From assembly GCA_963703285.1 (NCBI GenBank), contig OY969807.1:608001-672000 (forward strand): 64,000 bases of DNA, given 5' to 3'. Positions within the stretch are counted from its first letter, which is position 1. Each line of letters starts with the position of its first letter. Below the pieces are notes generated by a model, which made no database searches, had not been told where the DNA came from, and worked only from the letters and a program-made list of their open reading frames with translations. Shown here one piece after another: positions 19,898 through 29,043 of the stretch. Position numbers and translations under genes: made by a program. The DNA is from an uncultured Nitrososphaerota archaeon (GTDB lineage Archaea; Thermoproteota; Nitrososphaeria; Nitrososphaerales; Gagatemarchaeaceae).

Positions 19898-20167
19898 TCA
19901 CTCGTCCAGAACCTCGACTTCTATCGTGGGGTGCTTCACGGCGTTGGCGAAGACGTAGTATCCGCCGTAGAGCATCAGGAATACGAAGGTCGCCTCGATC
20001 GAGATGTACGCGTAGCCCGTGAAGGAGAAGGTGAGGCCTATGTTGGTGTCTGCCAGCGAAAACGCTTTGATTATCAGGAGGGTGAAAGCCGCGCCGAACC
20101 CGATCATCGCTAGCACCAGGGCCGAGACGATAACGTTGGTGAGTATCCTGGGTGTCGAATTCGACAA
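19898..20167 (-). CDS. Small 2-TM membrane protein
   Basis: Two TM segments; IEATFVFLMLYGGYYVF; AT-rich promoter region immediately upstream. Confidence 0.75.
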   Translation of the reverse strand: MSNSTPRILTNVIVSALVLAMIGFGAAFTLLIIKAFSLADTNIGLTFSFTGYAYISIEATFVFLMLYGGYYVFANAVKHPTIEVEVLDE

Positions 20168-20286
20168 AACAGCTCAAGAAAGCGGGTTCTAAAACTATAT
20201 TTATACTTAAGCCGTTTTTCACATAGATAATCTGGATAAACCTTTATGTATTATCGGAACAGGTGGGGTAAATTCGAGCGACAACT

Positions 20287-21153
20287 ATGGCCGCGCGCCC
20301 CAGGGATGCCTATGCGTCGGGAAAAAGTTATAAGGACAGTCCCGACCGCGGTAAGTTCGAGGGCACTAAGCGTTCTTTGTCGGCCAAAGGGCAGACTACC
20401 ATAACCAGTCGGGCCCCTGTCGAACCAGGGCTGTCCGATTTCGGGCTTCAGGGGATAGGGTACATACTCGGGGGAGGTTTCCCGACGAACAGCGTCTATC
20501 TCCTCACAGGCGAGCCCGGGACGTTCTACGCAACTTTTGCCCAGCAGGCGCTCTACAACGCCTCGCACGATAAGACCAAGGTCGTCTACTACACATCCGA
20601 GTCGTCCAGCGAGGACGTCATCCAGGATATGCACACGTTCAAGTGGGACGTGAACGACGCCATGGACGATGGGTCTTGGATATTCACCAGAGTCGTTCCT
20701 CCGCAGCTCAAGACCATAGTCAGCAACACGCCCGAAGATCCCAGAGAGGAGCGGATCGACCTACCGCCGAACTCGCTCAACGCCCTTGAGCAGGACTTCC
20801 TCGAGAAGCTCAACGAAGGAAGGTGGAGCGCTCTCTCGCTCTCCTACCTCATGAAGAGCTACCCCGAAAGCGAGGTCATGGACCTGGTGATGTTCTGGGT
20901 CGCGGCCGCGCACAGCATGGGAGGCGTTCACTTCGTCCTTCTGCCGAAGGGCATTCATGACGACAACCAGGTCAACTACATCAAGAGCCTCGTCGACGGC
21001 GTGATGTCGTTTAAGTTCGCGCAGGGGTTCGAGCAGGCCGAGGGCGAGATAGACATCGAGAAGCTGCGCAGGGTCATCCCCAAGGTGAAGACGATCAGGC
21101 ACGCGGTTCAGGACAACGGGCTGGCAATTGAGACCACCGCAAGGGTCGGATAG
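20287..21153 (+). CDS. KaiC/RAD55-like protein with degenerate Walker A
   Basis: ILGGGFP..SVYLLTGEPGT, YYTSE, LVDGV, IEKLR are KaiC-family hallmarks. GKT is replaced by FYA. True start may be further downstream. Confidence 0.85.
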   Translation: MAARPRDAYASGKSYKDSPDRGKFEGTKRSLSAKGQTTITSRAPVEPGLSDFGLQGIGYILGGGFPTNSVYLLTGEPGTFYATFAQQALYNASHDKTKVVYYTSESSSEDVIQDMHTFKWDVNDAMDDGSWIFTRVVPPQLKTIVSNTPEDPREERIDLPPNSLNALEQDFLEKLNEGRWSALSLSYLMKSYPESEVMDLVMFWVAAAHSMGGVHFVLLPKGIHDDNQVNYIKSLVDGVMSFKFAQGFEQAEGEIDIEKLRRVIPKVKTIRHAVQDNGLAIETTARVG

Positions 21154-21375
21154 TCCCAGAAGTCGCACTGGCTTGAGACATTACACGGGTACCGTTACGC
21201 TGACACTATGTGTACTCCAAATCTATAAAAGCAACTGCCGCGGCGGGCCTTCGGGCGTGCTCAACCTGAAATCGGGAGCTGCATGGACGTGAGTGCCAGT
21301 CATGCCGACTGTGCATGGTTCAGCCTTCCCCGGTTCGGTCGAATCGACGCCGACAAGAGAGAGTGGTGACGAGAG

Positions 21376-21678
21376 ATGGGCATGGGGGGCTCGATGGTGA
21401 TGGGGATGTCCACTGACGAGTTCGTGGAGACAATTGAGTCTAGGAACCTTCGGGGTCCGGGCCTTTCGGAGCTCATCAGGTCGGCGCTGACGGACCTGCT
21501 CGGGGAGATATCCGCCGCAGCGTCGCTAGCCTACGTCGGAGACGCGGAGAACGGCGACATCAAAGGTTTCGCGGTGAGGGCGGACGAGCTCTTTGGGTCA
21601 AGCGCCCCGCTGATCTTCAGCCACATCGTCGTGATGGCCGACAAGCAGACGAAGAACCAACCGCATCCCGACGCCTGA
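21376..21678 (+). CDS. Small helical protein, possibly DUF3227/NitrOD-like
   Basis: Pattern IRSALTDLLGE...FAVRADELFGSSAPLI resembles these archaeal domains (by eye). Confidence 0.5.
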   Translation: MGMGGSMVMGMSTDEFVETIESRNLRGPGLSELIRSALTDLLGEISAAASLAYVGDAENGDIKGFAVRADELFGSSAPLIFSHIVVMADKQTKNQPHPDA

Positions 21679-21809
21679 CAGGGACACTTCTCACCTGGGC
21701 GGGAGGTTTCTAATCGCGCATGGCAGGAGTCGCGAGCAAATTCTGAGCCTATCATTCTGGCATATGCTCTTAAGCCGACCGACCACGACGCCCGAGGAGT
21801 GCGCGTGAT

Positions 21810-22409
21810 TTGATAGGCGTACTAACGACCGGCGGTCCGAGCTTGACGCTGGAGCTCGTAACCGTCGCAATCTTCGTCGCAATAGCCATAGTAGGATACT
21901 TCCTCTGGCCCTTCATCACCGGCGCCGGCTACGAACCCGTCCCGGGCAGGATACTCGACAGGATGATCGAGATGTCCCGCCCGGTGAAGGGGCAGAAGGT
22001 GTACGACCTCGGCTCCGGCTTCGGAAGGATCGTCATCAAGGTCGCACAGAGGACGGGGGCGACCTGCGTCGGCGTGGAGATAGACCCGCTGAAGGTGTGG
22101 TGGACGAGGAGGGTCGTCAGGAGCAGGGGACTGGAGAGCCAGGTGACGGTCATCAAGTCGAACCTCCTCGACGCGGACATCTCCCAGGCAGACTTCGTCT
22201 ACGCGTTTCTCTGGGAGGGAATCATGCAGAAGCTCGGCCATAAGGCGAGGAGGGAGATGAAGGGCGGCTCGATGATAGTCTCGTACTACCACCAGATAGA
22301 CGGCTGGGAGACGGAGGCGAAGGACGCGAAAAACAGAATCTACCTGTACAAAGTACCCGAGAAGGTGCTGGGTTCTGTCAACTTTGCGGGTGATGCCCGA
22401 AAGCGTTAG
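21810..22409 (+). CDS. Class I SAM-dependent methyltransferase with N-terminal TM (FAM173/aKMT-like)
   Basis: GAGYEP, VYDLGSGFGRIV, GVEIDP. The last ~12 residues read into the neighbouring IS end. Confidence 0.88.
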   Translation: MIGVLTTGGPSLTLELVTVAIFVAIAIVGYFLWPFITGAGYEPVPGRILDRMIEMSRPVKGQKVYDLGSGFGRIVIKVAQRTGATCVGVEIDPLKVWWTRRVVRSRGLESQVTVIKSNLLDADISQADFVYAFLWEGIMQKLGHKARREMKGGSMIVSYYHQIDGWETEAKDAKNRIYLYKVPEKVLGSVNFAGDARKR

Positions 22410-23693
22410 CCATCGGGTGGCGCCCGCCAACTAACTTGCTGGCATCGACTCTGAGGATTACCGTCCTCGTCGGATTCCCCTTCACAGCTTCACCTGCCAG
22501 CCCTTTCTCCCTCGCCTCAAAACCAGCTTGTTGCGAGCGACTCTTCGGCTCGGGACGGGATCTCGCGAACCTTGCAAGCCCCCTCGTGGACAGGTTCAGG
22601 GAGGCGTTCACATCCCTGTCGATCCACATCCTACAGCTCTGACACCACAGCATCCTCTTGTGCTCGCCATCGTCCTTCGCAGGACTGCGGAGCCTCTCCC
22701 CGCACGCCGAGCACTCTGACGAGGAGCCGTAGGTGTCAGATTTCGTAAGCGGTATCACCGTTACTCCCTTCCACCTGGCCTTGTATCCTATCATCCGCTT
22801 CGCCTTCCAGTGAGTCCAAGAGTTGAGTCGGAACCGGTAATCTTCGCCCCGGCCGTTGCCTCTCCGATACATCTTCCGGATGCCAGTAAGATCTTCGAGG
22901 GCGAGAGCCGCCCCGTTCCTCGCAGCGATTGCAATCATGAAGTTGGTCGCCGCGTGGAGCATCTGGTCAGTCCTGCGGTTTGCCCTTGACCAGTACTTGC
23001 GAGAGAGTCTCCTTCTGACTCTCACATCATTTCTCCTGAACGAACGGATGATTTCCCTCGTCGTCTGCCTGACCTTCACTGCCTTCTCAATGTCGATCCG
23101 AATCACGCCATCCGCATCTCCGAATGTGATGTTCTTCTCGTTCCTGTCCACTCCGTACACGGTCATGACCGGAGCTGGTTCGATCTCCTCCGAGTAGCAG
23201 AACGACAGGCGATCCGGGGTTATTGTCAGGCTCCTTACCTTCTTCCCTTCAAGTGTCTTCAGAACGTGGTGATTGAGCTGTACGTCGACATAGTGGTCAC
23301 GTCTCAGAGGGATGAACAGCCGGCCCTTCATCGTGATGAAGAATGCGGAGATCAGGCATACAACCGGTCTGAGCGGCTTGGAATGATGCGTCTCGACTCC
23401 CCTCCTCTCAGACCTCTTCCTGCTCGCGACGACCTGACACGCCCGGCCTATCGCGGCAACCTTGTAGCACGATGGAAGTTTCTCATCCTTGAGCGACCGA
23501 TAGAAACCCTTCATCCCTCTGCGATTCTCGATACCGTGCTCCTCAGCGTACCGGATCCCATTGTACGTCAGAGTGAGGCATTGACTGAGGAGCTCCCCGA
23601 CTCCGGCGCCGTTGAAGGTCTGTGTGACGCACTTCGTCGCTTGCAACGACCCAGTATCTGATTCTCCAATATAACCACCACCCGAGGATTAAC
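22371..23693 (-). mobile_element. Non-autonomous TnpB-only IS element (IS200/IS605/IS607 group); ends approximate
   Basis: tnpB with no tnpA; lower GC; 3' end overlaps the methyltransferase C-terminus. Confidence 0.7.
22378..23646 (-). CDS. tnpB: RNA-guided nuclease TnpB
   Basis: RuvC GVDRN, ALEDL, DRDVNASLNL; zinc finger CSAC...CQSC. Confidence 0.93.
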   Translation of the reverse strand: MQATKCVTQTFNGAGVGELLSQCLTLTYNGIRYAEEHGIENRRGMKGFYRSLKDEKLPSCYKVAAIGRACQVVASRKRSERRGVETHHSKPLRPVVCLISAFFITMKGRLFIPLRRDHYVDVQLNHHVLKTLEGKKVRSLTITPDRLSFCYSEEIEPAPVMTVYGVDRNEKNITFGDADGVIRIDIEKAVKVRQTTREIIRSFRRNDVRVRRRLSRKYWSRANRRTDQMLHAATNFMIAIAARNGAALALEDLTGIRKMYRRGNGRGEDYRFRLNSWTHWKAKRMIGYKARWKGVTVIPLTKSDTYGSSSECSACGERLRSPAKDDGEHKRMLWCQSCRMWIDRDVNASLNLSTRGLARFARSRPEPKSRSQQAGFEAREKGLAGEAVKGNPTRTVILRVDASKLVGGRHPMANAFGHHPQS

Positions 23694-23777
23694 AGCCCGT
23701 ACCATCCCCCAGCAAGTTTACAGAGTCAGGTGCTGTAAAGTTCATAAAGGTCTGCCTGGGACAACGCACCGATAGTC

Positions 23778-24164
23778 ATGGTGGCAGAAAAGACGCTCAG
23801 ATTCCAGGGCAAGAACAAGGACCTGGACCAGCTTTCCCAGCAGATAGAGCAGCAGCTGCAAGGGGATGGTTACAAGACGCAATCGAAGAAGCTGCCCGTC
23901 GGAAACGTGATCCAGGCGACGAAGGCCGGAATCGCCCGCGACCTCATCGCGGCGGACAGATCCTTCACTATAATGGTCTCCGGACAGCCCAGCGACTTCA
24001 CCATTCACATAGGAATAGGGAAGTGGGTCCAGAACCTCGCAGTGACCGCGGCCGAAGTAATACTCCTGAGCGAACTATTCCTCGCGTTGGACGTCCCGGA
24101 GATGCTTTGGACGACCCACGTCGAGAACGGCGTAGCCAAGGAGATCACCCAGATAGTCGGCTAG
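23778..24164 (+). CDS. Hypothetical protein
   Basis: Host-like codon usage; TTCATAAA promoter-like element ~30 nt upstream. Confidence 0.75.
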   Translation: MVAEKTLRFQGKNKDLDQLSQQIEQQLQGDGYKTQSKKLPVGNVIQATKAGIARDLIAADRSFTIMVSGQPSDFTIHIGIGKWVQNLAVTAAEVILLSELFLALDVPEMLWTTHVENGVAKEITQIVG

Positions 24165-24239
24165 CCCCCGTCGCAATTGCGGCCCGCGGAGAGAGGGGCT
24201 TAAAGGGGTCATCAGCTTGGCTGTCGGAGAATCTAAACG

Positions 24240-24548
24240 ATGACGACCGTCCTCGCTCCCGACGGGTCCATCACCTTCATCACGGCCCTGATTGTCCCGC
24301 TCGTCATCGGGTTCCTGGTAGGGGTCATAGCCAAGGCCGCGGTCAGGATAGGGGTGGCGATAGCGGTGATCATCATAATCCTGATCGTGCTGGGCTTCTT
24401 GACGCCTGGCCAGGTCATTCAGCCGCTCGTCCAGCTGGTGCGGAGCGGGCCGACGCTGGCGACGAAGGTCGACCAGATTGCGGGCTACCTCCCGTACGCG
24501 TCGATAACCTTCATCGTCGGGTTCGTGGTCGGGTTCTTCAAAGGCTGA
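24240..24548 (+). CDS. Small membrane protein (FUN14-like)
   Basis: IGFLVGVIAKAAVR...FIVGFVVGFFKG; three hydrophobic segments. Confidence 0.65.
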   Translation: MTTVLAPDGSITFITALIVPLVIGFLVGVIAKAAVRIGVAIAVIIIILIVLGFLTPGQVIQPLVQLVRSGPTLATKVDQIAGYLPYASITFIVGFVVGFFKG

Positions 24549-24606
24549 GCTGTCAGGGTCCGTGCCTAGCAAGCCTTAAGTATACAAGATAATGAGATGT
24601 ATACTG

Positions 24607-24921
24607 ATGACGGAAGTCCTCTCAGTGAAGGTGGATAGGGAGAAGCTCCAGGAGCTTGAAGAAATAGCCCGCGAGGAGCAGAGCGATCGGTCCAGTACAG
24701 CCAGAAGGCTTCTTGAAATGGGGATGAAGGAATGGAAGGTCAACAAGGGGGTCGAGTTATTCAGACGAGACAAACTGTCCCTCTGGAGGGCAGCCACGAC
24801 CGCGGGTGTTTCATTGAGGGAATTCACCGAGATTCTTGACGAAAGGAAAGTCTCATGGGTGGGGGTCAGCGTGCGAGACCTGGAAGCTGAAACCAAGGCG
24901 ATCAAGAAAGAGATACGTTGA
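24607..24921 (+). CDS. UPF0175 family antitoxin (RHH + HTH)
   Basis: LSVKVD..DRSSTARRLL; LSLWRAATTAGVSLREF; overlaps the downstream PIN gene. Confidence 0.85.
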   Translation: MTEVLSVKVDREKLQELEEIAREEQSDRSSTARRLLEMGMKEWKVNKGVELFRRDKLSLWRAATTAGVSLREFTEILDERKVSWVGVSVRDLEAETKAIKKEIR

Positions 24922-25442
24922 GTGTCAAGTTCGTCTTCGACGCAACCCCACTCATTCATCTCACCAAGGCCGGACTCAGACCGCTGATTGTCGAGCTCGA
25001 AGGAGAGAAATACACCGTCCCGGCTGTATTTGAGGAAGTCGTCACCAAGGGAAAAGAGAGAGACTATCCTGACGCAGTCGGCACGTCTTCCCTGGTCGAC
25101 GAAGGCGTACTCGAGGTCAAGATTCCCAAAAGCAAAACAGCTGATGCGATGGCCCGGCTCCACAAGGACGTCCATCCTGGCGAAGCAGAGGTTATTGCGC
25201 TGGCCAAGGAAATGGAAGCAATCGCAGTTATCGACGACCGAGTGGCTAGGGCCATCGCGAAGATCGAAGGGGTCCGCGTCGAAGGCTCCTATGGCGTCAT
25301 AATCAGAGCAGCTGCGAACGGCTCGATTTCAAGAGAAGATGGTGAGGACGCGCTGGGAGAGCTCATAGCATCCGGGTGGAGATGTGACGCTGAGTTGTAT
25401 GCAGCCTTGCTCAAGTCGTTGCTAGAGGTCACTAAACGGTAG
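24918..25442 (+). CDS. PIN-domain (DUF3368-type) toxin
   Basis: VFDATPLI, PAVFEE, HPGEAEVIALA, IDDRVAR. Confidence 0.9.
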   Translation: MSVKFVFDATPLIHLTKAGLRPLIVELEGEKYTVPAVFEEVVTKGKERDYPDAVGTSSLVDEGVLEVKIPKSKTADAMARLHKDVHPGEAEVIALAKEMEAIAVIDDRVARAIAKIEGVRVEGSYGVIIRAAANGSISREDGEDALGELIASGWRCDAELYAALLKSLLEVTKR

Positions 25443-25480
25443 GGCGCTACCTAGCGCGTCGCGAATGTGCGGTGGAAATT

Positions 25481-25747
25481 CTACGGCAGCAGCCACTCCT
25501 TCGGCGGCCCCTGACCTCCGGCGCAGTCCACCTGACCCGAGACCCTGCGGATGAACGAGGGGCATGCGAAGCAGACGAGGAAGTTGACCTCCCCCTTGAC
25601 TATGGGGCAGTCGACCGCCTCCTTCTTCATTTTGGATATCATCTTCGGGCTCGCGCCTCCCTTGAGCTCCCCGCTCACCACCTTCGGGACCTTGTGGGGA
25701 TTCGGCGACTGGTAAATCTTCACAACGTATTTGGTCTCGGTTGACAA
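25481..25747 (-). CDS. Small Cys-rich conserved hypothetical protein
   Basis: CP...CFACPSF...C; clean ORF with a promoter-like TTTTTATC upstream. Confidence 0.75.
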   Translation of the reverse strand: MSTETKYVVKIYQSPNPHKVPKVVSGELKGGASPKMISKMKKEAVDCPIVKGEVNFLVCFACPSFIRRVSGQVDCAGGQGPPKEWLLP

Positions 25748-25872
25748 GCTGTCGAGCGCCCTCAGGGGAGGGATAAAAACTTGGGGATGGTCCTAGGGAC
25801 GTTAGAGCGCGGGCTGGTCCAAGGCCGACGCAGAATCACTAATAAGTTCCCCAAGGCCTCGGTCCGTCTGAT

Positions 25873-26175
25873 ATGCCAAGAGACCTGCGGGACGTCGTGA
25901 ACAAGATCATTGTCGCAGTCAGCGAGGACGACGCGACGACGACGGAGATCGCAGCCCTCTCCTCCGACCTAGCGACCTTCTTCGACGCCTCCGTCGTCCT
26001 CGTCTACCTCGCCAAGACGCCGCTCGTCGTCCCTCCCACCGAGGGCGCGGCCGGTCAGACCACCTTCGCCATCGCGGCAAACGTGGTCGAGGAGGTCGGG
26101 AGGAAGACGCTCGAGAGGATGGCCGAGACGATGGCCTCGAACGGGGTACCCGTCACTACTCGCCTGATCATGGGG
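25873..26175 (+). pseudogene. Universal stress protein, C-terminally truncated at the IS insertion
   Basis: KIIVAVS..., ASVVLVY, GVPVTTRLIMG. USP similarity ends at the GGGG junction and the second half is not found after the IS. Confidence 0.7.
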
Positions 26176-26262
26176 CTGGCAACAACAGTCGTCTTTGATA
26201 CCAGTTGGTATCAAACCGTACAGTTGAACATTGGTCGTTAAATAGCCGCAGACGGTACGATT

Positions 26263-26387
26263 ATGTTGAAGCTAGCCGGCTGGGCCAGGACAAGATCGAT
26301 GTCCTCACTTCGTTCTGCACCCGGCTGTACGGGAAGCAGTCAGCGAAGAACAAGGCGAAGAGGACACCGGAGGCGACCGAACGGTGA
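26263..26387 (+). pseudogene. tnpA: IS607 serine-recombinase TnpA remnant
   Basis: N-terminal MLKLAGWA joined out of frame to C-terminal DVLTSFCTRLYGKQSAKNKAKR, the IS607 TnpA tail motif. Confidence 0.8.
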
Positions 26388-27652
26388 CCCACCTCTGGAA
26401 GTCCCTCGGCCAGAAGCGGACCATCGCAGTCGAGTGCGACCCGGGCCCGCAGGTACTCGCGTATCTCTCTGACATGCGTGATGCCACGCGGATGGCGCTC
26501 GCCTACGCCCTAGTGGATGCCAGGCTCAACGGTGGGGAGATCCCTTCGCCGATAAGGCTGAGGAAGAAGGTCAGGCCCTGGTTTGTGGAGACGATGCCGT
26601 ACGCGCGCCACCACATCAACCCGGTCTGCAGCAAGGCGGTCGCTTTGCTGAGGGCCTACAGGAAGAGGCACAAGAGCCTGGCGCTTCCGTCCCTGGAGAA
26701 GCTCTCCATGCGAATAGACAGGGAGCTGTTCAAGATGACGGAGGAGCGCGACCAGATGGTGATTCGCATTACAATCCGACCCCGCGAGTATGAGTACATA
26801 CGATTCACACCAAACCACAAGAAGTGGCCGGATTATTCAAGGGGCAAGCTTGGCGAGATGACCCTGACGGACGAAAGGCTGCTCCTGACGTTCGTGGACG
26901 GCCTCTCCACGAAGCCTCTCGGAGACCAGCTCGTGGGAGTGGACCTGAACTTCGCCACCATAGACTGCACTCCCATAGACAAGGGGAGACTCGGACAACC
27001 GGTCACCATTCCGACGAGCGACGTCGAGCACATCCAGGACTCGTTCACCAGGCGTCGAAGGCGGCTCCAGCTCCACATCAGGAACCCGCAGAAGCGCGCC
27101 AAGAAGCTGGAGCAGACCAGAGGGAGGCAGAGGCTGCGCATCAGGGACTCGCTCCACAAGCTGACCACAGGCCTCGTGAGGAGATACCCCAACGCCACCT
27201 TCGTCTTCGAGGACCTCAGGCACATCAGGAACAAGTCTACCGAGGGGAGGAGGTTCAGGACGCGCCTGAACCGCTGGCCCTACAGGATGGCCCAGGCGAT
27301 GGTCGACTACAAGTCACCCAGCACGACGCTGTACGCGAATCCGAGAGGGACTTCTTCGAGATGTCCCGTATGCGGTGGAAGCATAGAGCACCCAACTCGG
27401 ATCCCGTCAGACATGCGCTGGAGGGTAAGCGCGTGTCCAACATGCGGCGCGGACTACGACAGGAACCGGCTGGCCTCGTTGGCCATAGCCTGTCGCGGTT
27501 CGCGCCTTTGCGGACGACCGTTCTCCGTGAGTGAGGATGCCTCTTGGAGCCTTGTGAGGGATGAATACCTGTGGCACGGGCCCGTGGCCGAGACGGCCGT
27601 GGCGGGTGGGACCGAGGAAGGCGCCAACGCCCCTAAAGAGGTAGTGTCCTAA
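26384..27652 (+). CDS. tnpB: TnpB, possibly nuclease-impaired (RuvC-III DRD to DRN)
   Basis: GVDLN, VFEDL, TSSRCPVCG...CPTCG, YDRNRLAS. Confidence 0.9.
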   Translation: MTHLWKSLGQKRTIAVECDPGPQVLAYLSDMRDATRMALAYALVDARLNGGEIPSPIRLRKKVRPWFVETMPYARHHINPVCSKAVALLRAYRKRHKSLALPSLEKLSMRIDRELFKMTEERDQMVIRITIRPREYEYIRFTPNHKKWPDYSRGKLGEMTLTDERLLLTFVDGLSTKPLGDQLVGVDLNFATIDCTPIDKGRLGQPVTIPTSDVEHIQDSFTRRRRRLQLHIRNPQKRAKKLEQTRGRQRLRIRDSLHKLTTGLVRRYPNATFVFEDLRHIRNKSTEGRRFRTRLNRWPYRMAQAMVDYKSPSTTLYANPRGTSSRCPVCGGSIEHPTRIPSDMRWRVSACPTCGADYDRNRLASLAIACRGSRLCGRPFSVSEDASWSLVRDEYLWHGPVAETAVAGGTEEGANAPKEVVS

Positions 27653-27752
27653 ATGGGCTTTACTTCTAACAACGGCTATGCTGTCCTTCCGGACGAGGAA
27701 GCCCACTGGGCCGCCGGCAGAGTGCAACCGTCTCTCACTCTTCGCGCTGGGG

Positions 27753-28082
27753 TCAGCGTTTCGAGAGCTCGACTATCGAGTTCGAGATCTCGTCGCGGCT
27801 CTTGCCTTCGGTCTTGATGCCCAACTTCTTGGCCGTATCGATCAGCGGGTCGCCCGAGATCGCGACCTGCGGTCGCACCGTCGCCGCAGGCGGAGCCACC
27901 GTCCGTGCTGCCACGCCCGCCGCCGATGGCGTCTGGTTCAGGCCTGCGGAGGCGTTGTTGAACTCCTTCCTAGCAAGTCCGATCGACCTCGCCAGCTCCG
28001 GTATCTTCTTCGGGCCCCACATCAGGAAGACGATGGCCACGACCGCTATCACGACCCATTGAAGGGGGTCATCTAATGCCAT
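27753..28082 (-). CDS. tatA: Twin-arginine translocase TatA/E
   Basis: N-terminal TM then WGPKKIPELARSIG..KEF. Confidence 0.92.
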   Translation of the reverse strand: MALDDPLQWVVIAVVAIVFLMWGPKKIPELARSIGLARKEFNNASAGLNQTPSAAGVAARTVAPPAATVRPQVAISGDPLIDTAKKLGIKTEGKSRDEISNSIVELSKR

Positions 28083-28354
28083 GGAATTTTACCTGGATGT
28101 CGGGCTTGGGACACTCTATTTACGCTATGAAGACGTTTCTCAACTCTGGGAATCAAACGACCCCGAGATTACTTCCGAAACCGCATTTCACGCAGTTCTG
28201 CGGTCGTTTGCGTGCTAATGCGTGCCGCTCGTCCGTCGACCCTCCGCGAGCTCCCCCGGAGTACCCTCTAAGACGCCTGCGGCGATGGGAGGTCTGGAAC
28301 GTCCCTCGAAGCTCTCGTTCCAGTTATTAAGACGACCGACGGGCACGGCTGTCC

Positions 28355-28882
28355 ATGACAGTTGTTGGCAAATCCATCCTCACCGAGCTCGTCCAGAAGT
28401 ACAAGGTCATCTCCCCCACGGCGCCAGAAGGGTTCGATGGCGACGGGTACGTCCTGACCGTGAGGGAGGATCGGACCCTGAACTACCTCGAGCACAGGAA
28501 CATGATTTCCAAGGAGGTCATCTTCACACCACCGAACTACGTCGCGCACCTGACGGCGAAGAGCCGATTCGGGCGCATGGGGCTCTCCTTCCTCAACTCC
28601 GTGAAGGTCCACAGCGGCTTCGTCGGTCGGCTGGCCCTCGAGCTCGTGAACCTCAACAACGAGAGGGCGCCCATCACCGTCAAGCACGGGGACCCGCTGA
28701 TCCACATAGAGTTCATCACGAGGGAAGGCGAACCCTCCCCCTACCGCGGCAACTACATGTTCCAATACATGACCGAGAAGGAGACCGAGGCCTACGTCAA
28801 GATACTCTCGACCCACTTCGGGACGCTCTTCACGCACGATGAGCTGGTCAAGATGAAATCCCGCAGGGTCCAGGAAGGCTGA
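28355..28882 (+). CDS. dcd: dCTP deaminase / trimeric dUTPase family
   Basis: KSRFGRMG, HSGFVGRLALEL, PYRGNY.FQ; TTATTAA ~25 nt upstream. Confidence 0.8.
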   Translation: MTVVGKSILTELVQKYKVISPTAPEGFDGDGYVLTVREDRTLNYLEHRNMISKEVIFTPPNYVAHLTAKSRFGRMGLSFLNSVKVHSGFVGRLALELVNLNNERAPITVKHGDPLIHIEFITREGEPSPYRGNYMFQYMTEKETEAYVKILSTHFGTLFTHDELVKMKSRRVQEG

Positions 28883-28940
28883 CCGGGGCGTTTCTTAGAC
28901 TTCGCACGGATAACTACAATGTAGCACCAAGAAAACGCTA

Positions 28941-28973
28941 AGCTTAAACCGGTGCCATACTGGCCATATGGCA
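28941..28973 (+). promoter_or_regulatory. TATA box and 7-7-7 palindrome ahead of a small ORF
   Basis: CTTAAA at 28943-28948; TGCCATA-ctggcca-TATGGCA at 28953-28973. Confidence 0.55.
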
Positions 28974-29023
28974 TGAACACTCAAACAGAAGACCCAATGG
29001 GCGGCGTCGGTCCATCAAACTGA
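28973..29023 (+). CDS. Putative 16-aa peptide MNTQTEDPMGGVGPSN
   Basis: ATG lies ~25 nt after the TATA (leaderless geometry). Followed by a small AGCGG/CCGCT hairpin. Fills the gap between dcd and the regulator. Confidence 0.5.
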   Translation: MNTQTEDPMGGVGPSN

Positions 29024-29043
29024 GCGGCGGGTCCGCTAGAGCC

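Larger units (their letters stand above)
26176..27675 (+). mobile_element. IS607-family element with internally deleted tnpA and full-length tnpB; ends approximate
   Basis: GG at both putative junctions; palindrome TTTGATACCA-GT-TGGTATCAAA at 26194-26215; tnpA remnant overlapping the tnpB start. Confidence 0.75.

Noticed and set aside
28154-28323. Two inverted repeats upstream of dcd (CAAACGACC/GGTCGTTTG and CTGGAACG/CGTTCCAG)
   Set aside because: Short, in GC-rich DNA, and no match to any RNA family I recognise.
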